NCBI GenBank assembly: GCA_029861845.1
Contig: JAOTYM010000006.1
Coordinates: 2,710-66,709, forward strand
Length of the DNA stretch: 64,000 nt
From: Gammaproteobacteria bacterium
GTDB taxonomy: Bacteria > Pseudomonadota > Gammaproteobacteria > Acidiferrobacterales > SPGG2
Direction of reading: 5' to 3'
Both the position numbers and the translations under genes were made by a program. The notes beneath the pieces were generated by a model that ran no database searches, was not told the DNA's origin, and saw nothing but the letters and a program-made list of their open reading frames with translations. Of the stretch, positions 55,810 to 64,000 are shown in pieces; position 1 is the first letter of the stretch, and each line of letters opens with the position of its first letter.

Positions 55810-56271
55810 CTATTCCCCTGCTACTAGACCATTTTCTTTCAACTTTCGCGCTACCCGTAGACCTAGTTCCATACCCCATTGACGACCTACTGCCATCGAC
55901 TCCTCGGTGATCACGGGTAACTTGCTTACCAACTTTTGACCAGCTGGCGTCTGGTAGAACGCAATCATTGATTCCATTTCTTCCACCGTGAAGTGTCTTG
56001 CGTAGACCGGCACCACTAGGCGATTAAGGTCGTCTGGATTCACCTCTGCCATGAAGTCTTGCCAGAACTTATCCGGCACATCGGGCAAAGTTCGTCGTCG
56101 CACATCGATCATCTGGTTCATCATACGAATGCCGAGTTCGCCAGCACCGGTCACCCTCAATAGCTCGTGAGCAACTTGCGCGACATCGCGCTTCACGTCG
56201 CCCTGCGATGCCGAAATGCTGGCAGATACGACACATAGGACGATCGCAGTAAGTAGTGGACCAATCTTCAC
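55810..56271 (-). CDS. DUF2059 domain protein (periplasmic)
   Basis: Signal peptide. 'FTVEEMESMIAFYQTPAGQKLV' is the DUF2059 hallmark ('FY.TP.G.K'). Confidence 0.78.
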   Translation of the reverse strand: MKIGPLLTAIVLCVVSASISASQGDVKRDVAQVAHELLRVTGAGELGIRMMNQMIDVRRRTLPDVPDKFWQDFMAEVNPDDLNRLVVPVYARHFTVEEMESMIAFYQTPAGQKLVSKLPVITEESMAVGRQWGMELGLRVARKLKENGLVAGE

Positions 56272-56431
56272 GGGGTTACTCCTTTTGGATAGGTAAAGCA
56301 GACGTAAAACACCGTCGCCCGTCCAAGCGTCCTGGGACAGGACCTGATCAATAATATATAGACCATTTCTAGGCAGATTCTATAGGGATGCCCGTACGTC
56401 GGCGGGATCTGGTGCCCACCTGGCAACCACA

Positions 56432-57181
56432 CTACCGAAAATAGTGAATATAGACAGCTACTTCGACGGTGGCCACTAGATTCACGAAGGCATGCATCGC
56501 GATGGACGTATATATAGAGCCGGTCAACAGGCGCGCGACGCCGAAGATTAGGCCGAGGATAAACACAGTGCTAATCTCGTAGGGGCCATACTGCAGATGG
56601 ATCAGTGCCCACAGTAGCGACGTGATTACCACCGCCCCGGTGGCGCCTAGGCGCGTGTATCGAATTCCCTCGAACAGAAACCCACGAAAAAACAGCTCCT
56701 CCGCTAGCGGCGCAGCGATAACAATCGCCAGCCACAGAAGCGGCACAAAGTAAGCAGTCACATAGGCGCGAAGCATGAACTCCGGGATAATAGCCCTACC
56801 CAACAGATACGTCAGACCGTCCCAAGCGATGGCGAATACCAAGGCAACGCCTATCCAAGTACACAGCGTCTTCACACTTACGGGATATAAGTGTAGGTAC
56901 CCTCGTAGCGTCGCACGCTTTCGCAGTGATGCGAACAGGGCGATGAGCCCAACTGTCGTCGCAGTAGTTGCGCATGTCACGCTCGCTATCAGGAATCCGT
57001 TCGTTTGCAGGGAAATCGAAAATTCTTCGAAATCTAGATCTGGGTTATTGTTTTGCACGATCATGGTAAACAGACCGGCACCCAAGACCTGAACCAAGAG
57101 AAAGCACGCAACAATGACCAGACTGAGGCCAATAGTCGCCCATATTCCCCATGGGACAGAACTGGATTCGTGTTCGTTCAT
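56432..57181 (-). CDS. CPBP-family intramembrane glutamic endopeptidase (CAAX protease-like)
   Basis: 'APLAEELFFRGFLF', 'SLLWALIHL' and 'SIAMHAFVNL' are the three conserved CPBP motifs. Confidence 0.82.
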   Translation of the reverse strand: MNEHESSSVPWGIWATIGLSLVIVACFLLVQVLGAGLFTMIVQNNNPDLDFEEFSISLQTNGFLIASVTCATTATTVGLIALFASLRKRATLRGYLHLYPVSVKTLCTWIGVALVFAIAWDGLTYLLGRAIIPEFMLRAYVTAYFVPLLWLAIVIAAPLAEELFFRGFLFEGIRYTRLGATGAVVITSLLWALIHLQYGPYEISTVFILGLIFGVARLLTGSIYTSIAMHAFVNLVATVEVAVYIHYFR

Positions 57182-57249
57182 GAATGATCAGTCTCAACGC
57201 TATCAGCGTACGCCATTTACAACTCGTTGAATCTCTGTTCCGTGTAGAC

Positions 57250-58302
57250 CTAATTTGTTCCTGCTAGATGTTTAATCATGGCCATCACCGCGACCATCTG
57301 CGGGCCTACCTTGCTGTAATAGTCAGCACTATCATAACCCCACCAATCCCAACAGCCGTTTGGGTTGGTCCATCGTGCTAGCACCAGCTGTGGGTAGAGC
57401 ACAATGATATTGTTAGTAGCAGCCCATTCGTTATAACCCGCGTGCATATAGAACCGGTCTCCAAGCATGCTGGTCGTCTGTTGGCAACCATGAAACACGA
57501 CGTGAATTCGGCACAACTCGCCCTCGCCACACGATTTCGGCACATATGCGTAACCTATTTCACTCAGACTGTGGCTCTTGGGGTTTCTGATAAAGGTTGC
57601 CTGAGAAAACTCGATGATTCCCCCTGAACCCATGGGTGAGCGGTGTCGAGGATTCAGCTTGCCATAGATATGGCGCAAGATGGCACCCGCTTGGTCGTAG
57701 TCACAATTGTTGATAAAAGGTGGTGTCGTCTTCTCGCAGGCACTGCCATAGCCAGCCGTTATCATGGCGTGACCGGCTTGTATGCGGTCGATGAATTGGA
57801 TGTTTTCGGTTGCTACGCCGGCAAGTTGGTAAAACGATTTCGTCTGCGCCACCACCGACGGTCTCACCGATTTGTCCTCGGTTCCGCTGAAAATATAAAC
57901 CTTGTCGTCTCTTAGGTTATCTAGGTGATCGATTTCTTGCCGATGGGCGAATCGTCGCGCATGGGCTACCAGTTTGGCTGCCCTCGGTTTGGTGACCCAG
58001 AACGAAGGATTGGTACACTGACTTAGATAAAACCATAACGCGAACCAACGTCCTTGCGTGCAATAATAAGGACCGCCAGCAATGACGCCGGCTCCCGAAA
58101 TCGTTGATGAGAATGCCACATGGAATTGCGTCGCCATAAAGCCTCCCGACGAAAGCCCCGAGACTGACGTTTGCTGAAGATCTACATTGTATGCTGGCAA
58201 TCTCTTTTCGACGGCAGCGACGCCGCTAGCGAAGGTCGCCAACATGACCATCGCAACGCGAACAAGGGCTACCCTCACAACTGACCGACGTCTATCGCGC
58301 AT
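57250..58302 (-). CDS. PHB-depolymerase-family esterase (alpha/beta hydrolase)
   Basis: Nucleophile elbow 'SGLSSGGFMATQF'. The overall pattern resembles extracellular short-chain PHA depolymerase/esterase. I prefer Met at 58302 (MRDRRRSVVRVALVRVAMVMLATFASGVAA, signal-like) over the track start 58437, which overlaps the upstream gene. Confidence 0.72.
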   Translation of the reverse strand: MRDRRRSVVRVALVRVAMVMLATFASGVAAVEKRLPAYNVDLQQTSVSGLSSGGFMATQFHVAFSSTISGAGVIAGGPYYCTQGRWFALWFYLSQCTNPSFWVTKPRAAKLVAHARRFAHRQEIDHLDNLRDDKVYIFSGTEDKSVRPSVVAQTKSFYQLAGVATENIQFIDRIQAGHAMITAGYGSACEKTTPPFINNCDYDQAGAILRHIYGKLNPRHRSPMGSGGIIEFSQATFIRNPKSHSLSEIGYAYVPKSCGEGELCRIHVVFHGCQQTTSMLGDRFYMHAGYNEWAATNNIIVLYPQLVLARWTNPNGCWDWWGYDSADYYSKVGPQMVAVMAMIKHLAGTN

Positions 58303-59668
58303 TCTCCTCGGCAGCAATGCGCAACATGGCCGCGAGGCTACGGTCGACATCGGCGTCAGTAGTGGCCCAAGAAGATACACTAATACGCATAGCGACATGT
58401 CCCTGCCATATCGTGCCGCCACACCAACAAGTGCCATCCTGCTGCAGTCGAGTAATCACCCGGTGCGTTGTCTCCGCATCACCAAAGGAGACTAGTACCT
58501 GATTGATCACAACTTCATTGAGGACTTCGTAGCCGGCTTCGGTCAGGCCCTTGGCAAATCGCGCCGCGTGTCTACACGTGCGTTCGATGAGTTCGGCCAA
58601 CCCAGAGCGACCGAGCGATAACAGCGCCGCCCATATCTCGACGCTGCGGGCACGGCGCGACATCTCGGGCGTGTTGTGACGTGGCGCCGGTTCTGTGTTT
58701 CGTACCAGGTAGGGGGCACTGACTGTCATGGCCGCGCGCAGCGGTTCCGCGTCGCGGCAAATGGCGATGCCGCTATCGTAGGGGACATTAAGCCATTTAT
58801 GTCCATCTAGGGCCCATGAGTCGGCGTTTGCGAAACCACGGGCAAGGTGCGATCGCTCGGGTGCGGCTGCCGCCCACAACCCAAATGCGCCATCCACATG
58901 TACCCACGCCCCCGCCTCGTGGGCACGGGCGCAGATTTCTTCCGCCGGATCAAACGCACCGGTGTTTACGTTGCCCGCCTGGATGCACACAATGGTGGAG
59001 GCCGGTAGTTGTGGTAATTCGTCGGCACGCATTCTTCCTTGCTCATCTACCGGCACCCGTACGACGCGCTCACGCCCTAGACCCAAGAGACCGAGCGCCT
59101 TTAGCAGGCTAACATGTACCTCTTCGCCCACCACCACGGTGACGGGTGGTGCATCAAACAGGCCCTGGGCACCAACATCCCATCCCCGTTTCTGCAAGAT
59201 CGCGTGGCGCGCGGCCGCCAAACCCGAAAAATTTGCCATCGTCGCCCCGGTCACAAATGCGACGTTGGCCTCACCCGGTAAGCTAAGCACATCGACCAAC
59301 CAGCCCTGGGTAATCTCTTCGATCGCGAACCCGATCGGCGACATCACGGCCGACGCCGCGTTCTGATCCCAGGCACCTGCGAGCCAGTTGGCGGCCAGCG
59401 TGGCAGGTAACACGCCGCCAGTTACGAACCCGAAGTAACGTCCACCGGCAGTAGCCACGGTGGCGCCGGATCCGACATCATCAAGCATGCGGATGACGTC
59501 TGCCGGGGCAGTCGGTGTGTCTGGCAGCGGCACGTCTAACTCCGTCAGGCGCGCGAGCGATTCCGGCGACACGCTCACACAACGCGCATCCAATTCCTCA
59601 AGATAACGACTCGCGCGCTCGGCCGCCGCCCTAAGTAGATCGTTCATGCCGTCGTGCCCACCGCTCAC
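58292..59668 (-). CDS. Pyridoxal-phosphate-dependent (group II) amino-acid decarboxylase
   Basis: 458 aa. 'SWALDGHKWLNVPYDSG' carries the PLP-lysine. 'HVDGAFG' is also present. The GTG start overlaps the SDR stop (GTGA). Confidence 0.82.
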   Translation of the reverse strand: MSGGHDGMNDLLRAAAERASRYLEELDARCVSVSPESLARLTELDVPLPDTPTAPADVIRMLDDVGSGATVATAGGRYFGFVTGGVLPATLAANWLAGAWDQNAASAVMSPIGFAIEEITQGWLVDVLSLPGEANVAFVTGATMANFSGLAAARHAILQKRGWDVGAQGLFDAPPVTVVVGEEVHVSLLKALGLLGLGRERVVRVPVDEQGRMRADELPQLPASTIVCIQAGNVNTGAFDPAEEICARAHEAGAWVHVDGAFGLWAAAAPERSHLARGFANADSWALDGHKWLNVPYDSGIAICRDAEPLRAAMTVSAPYLVRNTEPAPRHNTPEMSRRARSVEIWAALLSLGRSGLAELIERTCRHAARFAKGLTEAGYEVLNEVVINQVLVSFGDAETTHRVITRLQQDGTCWCGGTIWQGHVAMRISVSSWATTDADVDRSLAAMLRIAAEENAR

Positions 59669-60441
59669 GATCGTAAATACGAGGCGCCATTCACATCGAT
59701 GATCCCGCCAGTCAAGAATTCAGATCCATCCGAAGCCAAGAACAAAACGGTGTGCGCCACCTCCTCAGGTCTAGCCACACGTCCGAGGGGGCTTTGGTTA
59801 CGAATCTCATCTCCCTTGGGTCCCGCCAATGACGCCGCCGCCATATCGGTATCAACAAAACCGGGGGCGACGGCGTACACAAATATATTGTGCGGCGCTA
59901 GCGCTCTAGCCATGGATTGACTGAAGGCGTTCAATCCCGCCTTGCTGGCGCCGTAGGCGGGTGCTTGCGGCTCACCTCTAAATGCCCCACGGGAAGAGAT
60001 ATTCACGATGCGCCCCCCACCTTGCTTCATCATGTGCTCAACAACACAAAACGTCAGATTGGCGGGTCCATCTAGATTTACCGTTAATGTCTCGCGCCAC
60101 AGATTGCGCCATTGTTCGTAAGATGTCTCCGACACGATATGTGTTTTGAATATACCGGCATTGTTTACGAGCGTGTCAACTCGACCCATCTTGGCGACGG
60201 CGGCATTAACGAAGTCTCGTGTCGCCCGAGGGTCTTTGATATCTGCTTGCAGGACTATATGGCCCTCGCCTTGCAATAGATGCAGGGTTTCGGTCGCGTT
60301 AGCCTCACCCTTATGATAGTGAACGACAACACGCGCGCCGTTGGCAGCAAACTGTTGAGCGATGACGCGACCGATGCCACGCGAGGCCCCGGTCACGATG
60401 ACTGTTTTTCCGGAAAAATCCGTCGGCCGGCTCTGGCTCAT
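59665..60441 (-). CDS. SDR-family oxidoreductase (FabG-like)
   Basis: 'KTVIVTGASRGIGR', 'NNAG' and 'YGASKAG' (YxxxK) motifs. Confidence 0.88.
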   Translation of the reverse strand: MSQSRPTDFSGKTVIVTGASRGIGRVIAQQFAANGARVVVHYHKGEANATETLHLLQGEGHIVLQADIKDPRATRDFVNAAVAKMGRVDTLVNNAGIFKTHIVSETSYEQWRNLWRETLTVNLDGPANLTFCVVEHMMKQGGGRIVNISSRGAFRGEPQAPAYGASKAGLNAFSQSMARALAPHNIFVYAVAPGFVDTDMAAASLAGPKGDEIRNQSPLGRVARPEEVAHTVLFLASDGSEFLTGGIIDVNGASYLRS

Positions 60442-60451
60442 GTACGTTACG

Positions 60452-60976
60452 TTATCGCTTACCGGCCAGTAATCCGAACACCAATAACAACCCGAATAGG
60501 GTAAGGCCGCTAAACATAATCAGCGTCCAACCAGGAATGCTCAAGCCCAGAAACGTCCACATGACTTCGGCACAATCACCACTGCCCCGCAATACCAGCC
60601 TTATCGTCTTAGTAATAGGAAAGGCTTGTAGCATGTAGTCAAGATCGACACCGCATTCGGGTACTTGGTCGGCCGGTAGACTCTGTAACCACACATGCCG
60701 ACCAGCGACACCCGCACCGAGTCCAGCCATCAAGGCGACAAGCCCACCATATATGCGACGACCAAAACCGTGTGGATTGTGAACGGCAGCTACCAGAAAC
60801 AACAGGCCGACGCCAAGCATGAACACACGCTGGAAAATACAAAGCGGGCATGGTTCGAGGCCCATAACAAATTGAAAATACAGCGCCGTCATCAGCGCTA
60901 CCAGGCAAAGCATAAACCCTGCCGTGAAAAACGCGCGCGGTGACCGCAAAAGATTATGAACCACTGACGATTGCAT
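60452..60976 (-). CDS. dsbB: Disulfide bond formation protein B
   Basis: 174 aa with 4 TM. 'LEPCPLCIFQR' is the first Cys pair. The second Cys pair is in the periplasmic loop ('PECG...SGDCAE'). Confidence 0.88.
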   Translation of the reverse strand: MQSSVVHNLLRSPRAFFTAGFMLCLVALMTALYFQFVMGLEPCPLCIFQRVFMLGVGLLFLVAAVHNPHGFGRRIYGGLVALMAGLGAGVAGRHVWLQSLPADQVPECGVDLDYMLQAFPITKTIRLVLRGSGDCAEVMWTFLGLSIPGWTLIMFSGLTLFGLLLVFGLLAGKR

Positions 60977-60985
60977 AATAGACCT

Positions 60986-61780
60986 CTATTTGATCGCCTC
61001 CGCGATCCACATACTCTGATACAAGAACGTGTTAGCGGTAATGTCTTCGGCCTCGGCTGCGGCCAAATCCAGATCACGCTCGCTTACCGCCCCTACCTCT
61101 AGCAGAGAATCTGCCACTGTCGCAATGATGCCAAGCCAATTTTGCAAGAATGCCCTACACCGTTCAGGTTCCCGGCCATGCACGCTGATAACGTGAGGGG
61201 TAACGCGTATATCTCGAACACCCTGTCTTATCAGTAGCGGGTACAGATTCAAAGCCACCTCCGGTGAACCGCGGCCATCACCATAAGCGTAATGACTACG
61301 GGCCCGTAAACACTTCATCAAGTGCGTCTTATCTGGGCCCGAATGGTAACTAGCATCATGCGGCTCACTAATAATTATGCGCCCACCCAGCTTAGTGATG
61401 CGACACATCTCGGCGATCAGCGGAGTCGGATCGGGTTGATGAATCAACACGCAGCGGCAAAAAGTAGCATCCACACCACCATCAGGGAGGCCGGTATTAT
61501 CGCCGCTGGCCGTACGAAGCTCGGTATTTTTCAGGCCCATGGCCCAAGCCCGCTTGGCGGCCACTTCGTTTTGTTTCGGTTCTACGTCGATGCCAACATA
61601 TCGTCCACGGGCAACTTGCTTTGCGATCCAGAGATTGGCACCAACCCCGCTGCCGATTTCGCAAACCACGTCTGTCGAGGAAAACTCTATGCCAGCCGTA
61701 TCTCCGTAGAGCTCGCGCTGTCGATGGAGACGTGCTTGTTCCCCATCGCTAACGCCCAAAGAGTAAGACTCACTTGCCAT
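60986..61780 (-). CDS. Class I SAM-dependent methyltransferase
   Basis: The internal Met at 61780 (MASESYSLGVSDGEQARL...) removes an implausible N-terminal extension. Motif I is 'VCEIGSGVGANL'. Confidence 0.8.
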   Translation of the reverse strand: MASESYSLGVSDGEQARLHRQRELYGDTAGIEFSSTDVVCEIGSGVGANLWIAKQVARGRYVGIDVEPKQNEVAAKRAWAMGLKNTELRTASGDNTGLPDGGVDATFCRCVLIHQPDPTPLIAEMCRITKLGGRIIISEPHDASYHSGPDKTHLMKCLRARSHYAYGDGRGSPEVALNLYPLLIRQGVRDIRVTPHVISVHGREPERCRAFLQNWLGIIATVADSLLEVGAVSERDLDLAAAEAEDITANTFLYQSMWIAEAIK

Positions 61781-61901
61781 AAGCCCAATAGTAAACCAAA
61801 TTCCCAACCCAGCGGCAGTTTTTGACCTAGAGATCGTATACGCGCTCCAACCACATATAATGATTGACGCGTTCGCCGACCCTAACCGTAAAGCCATTGC
61901 T

Positions 61902-63077
61902 ATGATTGAGTCTGATAATTCAACCGCCAGTCATTTTCTTCGATCGCGCCTATTTCGTGCATGGTTAGCCGCGTGCGCCTTTATGTATGCTAGCCTCGCG
62001 CATACTCAACCGATGCCACCGGTGCCCGAAGTTAACCTCAACCGGCACAGTGTACCGCTAGATGCGATCTACTTTGATACCTTCCGCCGCGATATTCGGG
62101 CGGTGCCGTTAACCTTAGCGTCGCCGGGACTGATCACGCAGTTGCGCGATGCGATCCCGCCATTGCACCACCCTAAGTACGAGTCGCGTACTGCCGTTGA
62201 CTGGTTAACTAATGATGACATCGTTATCGGTTACGCGGCGGGCAATCAAGCATGGGCCTACCCGACCCGTATCCTCAATTTTCACGAGATCGTTAACGAC
62301 ACCCTCGCCGGCGAACCCGTGCTGATCGCCTATTGCCCACTGTGTGCAAGCGGCTTCGCCCTCAGCCGGCGACTGGACGATCGCGTGCTTAGGTTTGGCA
62401 ACACCAGTGCCCTGTATCAATCCGACATGGTAATGCTGGACTACGAAACCGGTAGTTATTGGTGGCATGTCGCCGGCGAAGCCATCGTCGGTACACTCAC
62501 CGGCGCCAAGTTGGAAACCCTACCAGCGATCACAACCACATGGGAACAGTGGCAAACTATACACCCGCACACCAAAGTGCTGTCGCGTGACACGGGTCAC
62601 CGTCGCCCTTACGAAAGCCGTCCCTTTGCTCGGTATGCCGACATGCTTAATCGAGGTCGATTCGCATTTCCAGTCAGTGGCACAGCAAGAGATGGACGCC
62701 TTCCAGCCGCCGCTAACGTTCTAGCAGTGAAGGTAGGCGACGCGGTACGGGCATACCGTCTGGATGACGCTGCCCCTAACGCCATTATGGATTCTCTCGG
62801 CGATCAACGACTCGTTGTGTTTACGGCGGGCGGCGGTACGGGCGGTGCCGCGTACAAGCCTGTCGCCAGCGGCCAAGAACTTACGTTTGTACTGCGTGAC
62901 GGTCAATACACCGATCGGGAAACCGGCAGCGTTTGGAATCTGGCGGGAACTGCCATCGTTGGGTCACTCAAGGGTACGAATCTCATACCGCTGCCGGCAA
63001 AGACTTCTTTTTGGTTTGCCCTCGTCGCGGCGGAACCGGACATTACAATTTACGAGGCGGTGCTGCCGGGTCAGTAA
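61902..63077 (+). CDS. DUF3179 domain protein (secreted)
   Basis: 'VIGYAAGNQAWAYPTRILNFHEIVND', 'IAYCPLCASGFALSR' and 'FGNTSALYQSDMVMLDYETGSYW' match DUF3179 as I recall it. The start is either 61860 or the Met at 61902. Confidence 0.8.
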   Translation: MIESDNSTASHFLRSRLFRAWLAACAFMYASLAHTQPMPPVPEVNLNRHSVPLDAIYFDTFRRDIRAVPLTLASPGLITQLRDAIPPLHHPKYESRTAVDWLTNDDIVIGYAAGNQAWAYPTRILNFHEIVNDTLAGEPVLIAYCPLCASGFALSRRLDDRVLRFGNTSALYQSDMVMLDYETGSYWWHVAGEAIVGTLTGAKLETLPAITTTWEQWQTIHPHTKVLSRDTGHRRPYESRPFARYADMLNRGRFAFPVSGTARDGRLPAAANVLAVKVGDAVRAYRLDDAAPNAIMDSLGDQRLVVFTAGGGTGGAAYKPVASGQELTFVLRDGQYTDRETGSVWNLAGTAIVGSLKGTNLIPLPAKTSFWFALVAAEPDITIYEAVLPGQ

Positions 63078-63090
63078 CCGACGGGCGTCA

Positions 63091-63120
63091 CCCCTAGGAC
63101 TCTAGATTCCGTCCTAGGGG
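63091..63120. terminator. Stem-loop between convergent genes (probable terminator)
   Basis: Perfect 10-bp stem CCCCTAGGAC / GTCCTAGGGG with a 10-nt loop, followed on the + strand by TAAGTTTGTGTG. It lies between the DUF3179 stop (63077) and the mscL stop (63140). Confidence 0.55.
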
Positions 63121-63139
63121 TAAGTTTGTGTGCTAGCTC

Positions 63140-63571
63140 TTACTTGGCCTTCAACAAATCTCTGATCTCACCCAAAAGCATTTCTTCATTGGACGGCTTG
63201 GGTGGCTCTGACGGGGCTTCCTCTTCCTTCTTTTTGAGAGAATTGATCCATTTCACCACAATGAAAATGGCGAACGCGACGATCAGAAAATTGATTAGCG
63301 TATTGATGAAAACACCAATGTTTATCGAAACCGCGCCCGCCTCTTTTGCCGCCGCCAGGGTCGCATAGGGGCCGGCTGCCTTGGCGCCGTCCTTGAGCAC
63401 GACGAACATCTCGCCAAAATCGACGCCCCCCAGCAACAGCCCGATCGGCGGCATGATGACATCGGCAACGAGGCTCTTGACGATAAGTCCGAAGGCAGCG
63501 CCAATAATGATGCCTACCGCCATATCCATCACATTTCCTTTTATGGCGAATTTCTTGAATTCTTGAAACAT
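63140..63571 (-). CDS. mscL: Large-conductance mechanosensitive channel
   Basis: '[44 protein letters not shown]' is the canonical MscL N-terminus. Confidence 0.93.
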   Translation of the reverse strand: MFQEFKKFAIKGNVMDMAVGIIIGAAFGLIVKSLVADVIMPPIGLLLGGVDFGEMFVVLKDGAKAAGPYATLAAAKEAGAVSINIGVFINTLINFLIVAFAIFIVVKWINSLKKKEEEAPSEPPKPSNEEMLLGEIRDLLKAK

Positions 63572-63694
63572 ACTGTTTCCTCCGACTTATTGGTATTACG
63601 GAGCGCGCATTATCGCACCGAAACGACACCCGGTCATACGTCGCCCTAACTTGGGTCGACTTTTGACGCCATCGTGTCGTCGGGGTAACCTTGA

Positions 63695-63976
63695 TTGCGT
63701 AGTGGAGCATGTTGTTCCGTGAATCAAGTTCTATCCGATACCTATAAGCATGCGCGGCGCATCGTCATAGCGATTGTCGGCGGCAGTGTCGTAGTGGTTG
63801 GAATCCTGATGATTGTCTTACCGGGACCCGCCATCCTAGTTATTCCTGCTGGTCTCACAATACTCGGTATTGAATTTGCCTGGGCACGCCACTGGCTACG
63901 CAAACTAAAAGCAAAGACGCTGGACACGATGAATTATTTCAACCGTAATTCTTCCGACAAATCCCCCCCTCGCTAA
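63695..63976 (+). CDS. PGPGW-domain small membrane protein
   Basis: 'GILMIVLPGPAILVIPAGLTILGIEFAWARHWL' is the PGPGW-type motif. The start codon is uncertain (TTG 63695 or GTG 63719). Confidence 0.68.
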   Translation: MRSGACCSVNQVLSDTYKHARRIVIAIVGGSVVVVGILMIVLPGPAILVIPAGLTILGIEFAWARHWLRKLKAKTLDTMNYFNRNSSDKSPPR

Positions 63977-64000
63977 CTGTCTCAATAGACTTGGTTGGGC

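Noticed and set aside
1-64000. Scan for CRISPR arrays, IS elements/transposases, integrases, rRNA/tRNA genes, reverse transcriptases and toxin-antitoxin pairs.
   Set aside because: None was seen in the ORF translations or as repeat patterns in the DNA. Beyond those reported, the only repeats are the gene-internal duplications and paralogous cytochrome genes.

Overview
The window looks like a gammaproteobacterial chromosome segment. The order pilG-pilH-pilI-pilJ-chpA, followed divergently by gshB-tonB-yqgE-ruvX-pyrR-pyrB-pyrC', matches the Pseudomonas-type arrangement as I remember it. I see four blocks. (1) 1..~19.6 kb is a dense, almost entirely minus-strand metal-stress island. It carries a Cu(I) P1B-type ATPase, YHS/DUF2933/SHOCT/NfeD small proteins, an ICMT-like membrane methyltransferase, a DegS/AlgW-like protease, LemA plus an M48 protease, Met-rich secreted proteins, a Spy/CpxP-like protein, a 7-bladed beta-propeller, an AhpD-like protein, a frameshifted Rieske gene, several monoheme c-type cytochromes and one MerR-family regulator. 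Four intergenic sites share one MerR-type promoter/operator design, which suggests a single regulon of about 20 genes. This is my best candidate for an uncharacterised system. (2) 19.6..33.9 kb is housekeeping: dsbC, purC, dinB, class I fba, and pyk-pgk-gap-tkt. It is bounded by two gene remnants, a truncated and frameshifted ccdA and a C-terminal bioA fragment, which mark rearrangement junctions. (3) 33.9..50.6 kb holds the Pil-Chp type IV pilus chemosensory cluster, without CheR/CheB genes, and the gshB..pyrC' block. (4) 50.6..64 kb starts with a visibly AT-richer islet of four genes of unknown function. It continues with envelope and miscellaneous genes (TVP38, DUF2059, CPBP protease, esterase, PLP decarboxylase, SDR, dsbB, methyltransferase, DUF3179, mscL). 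I found no rRNA, tRNA, CRISPR array, transposase or integrase. All calls rest on reading the ORF translations and the DNA by eye and on remembered family signatures. No database search or computation was run, so start codons and family names are provisional.
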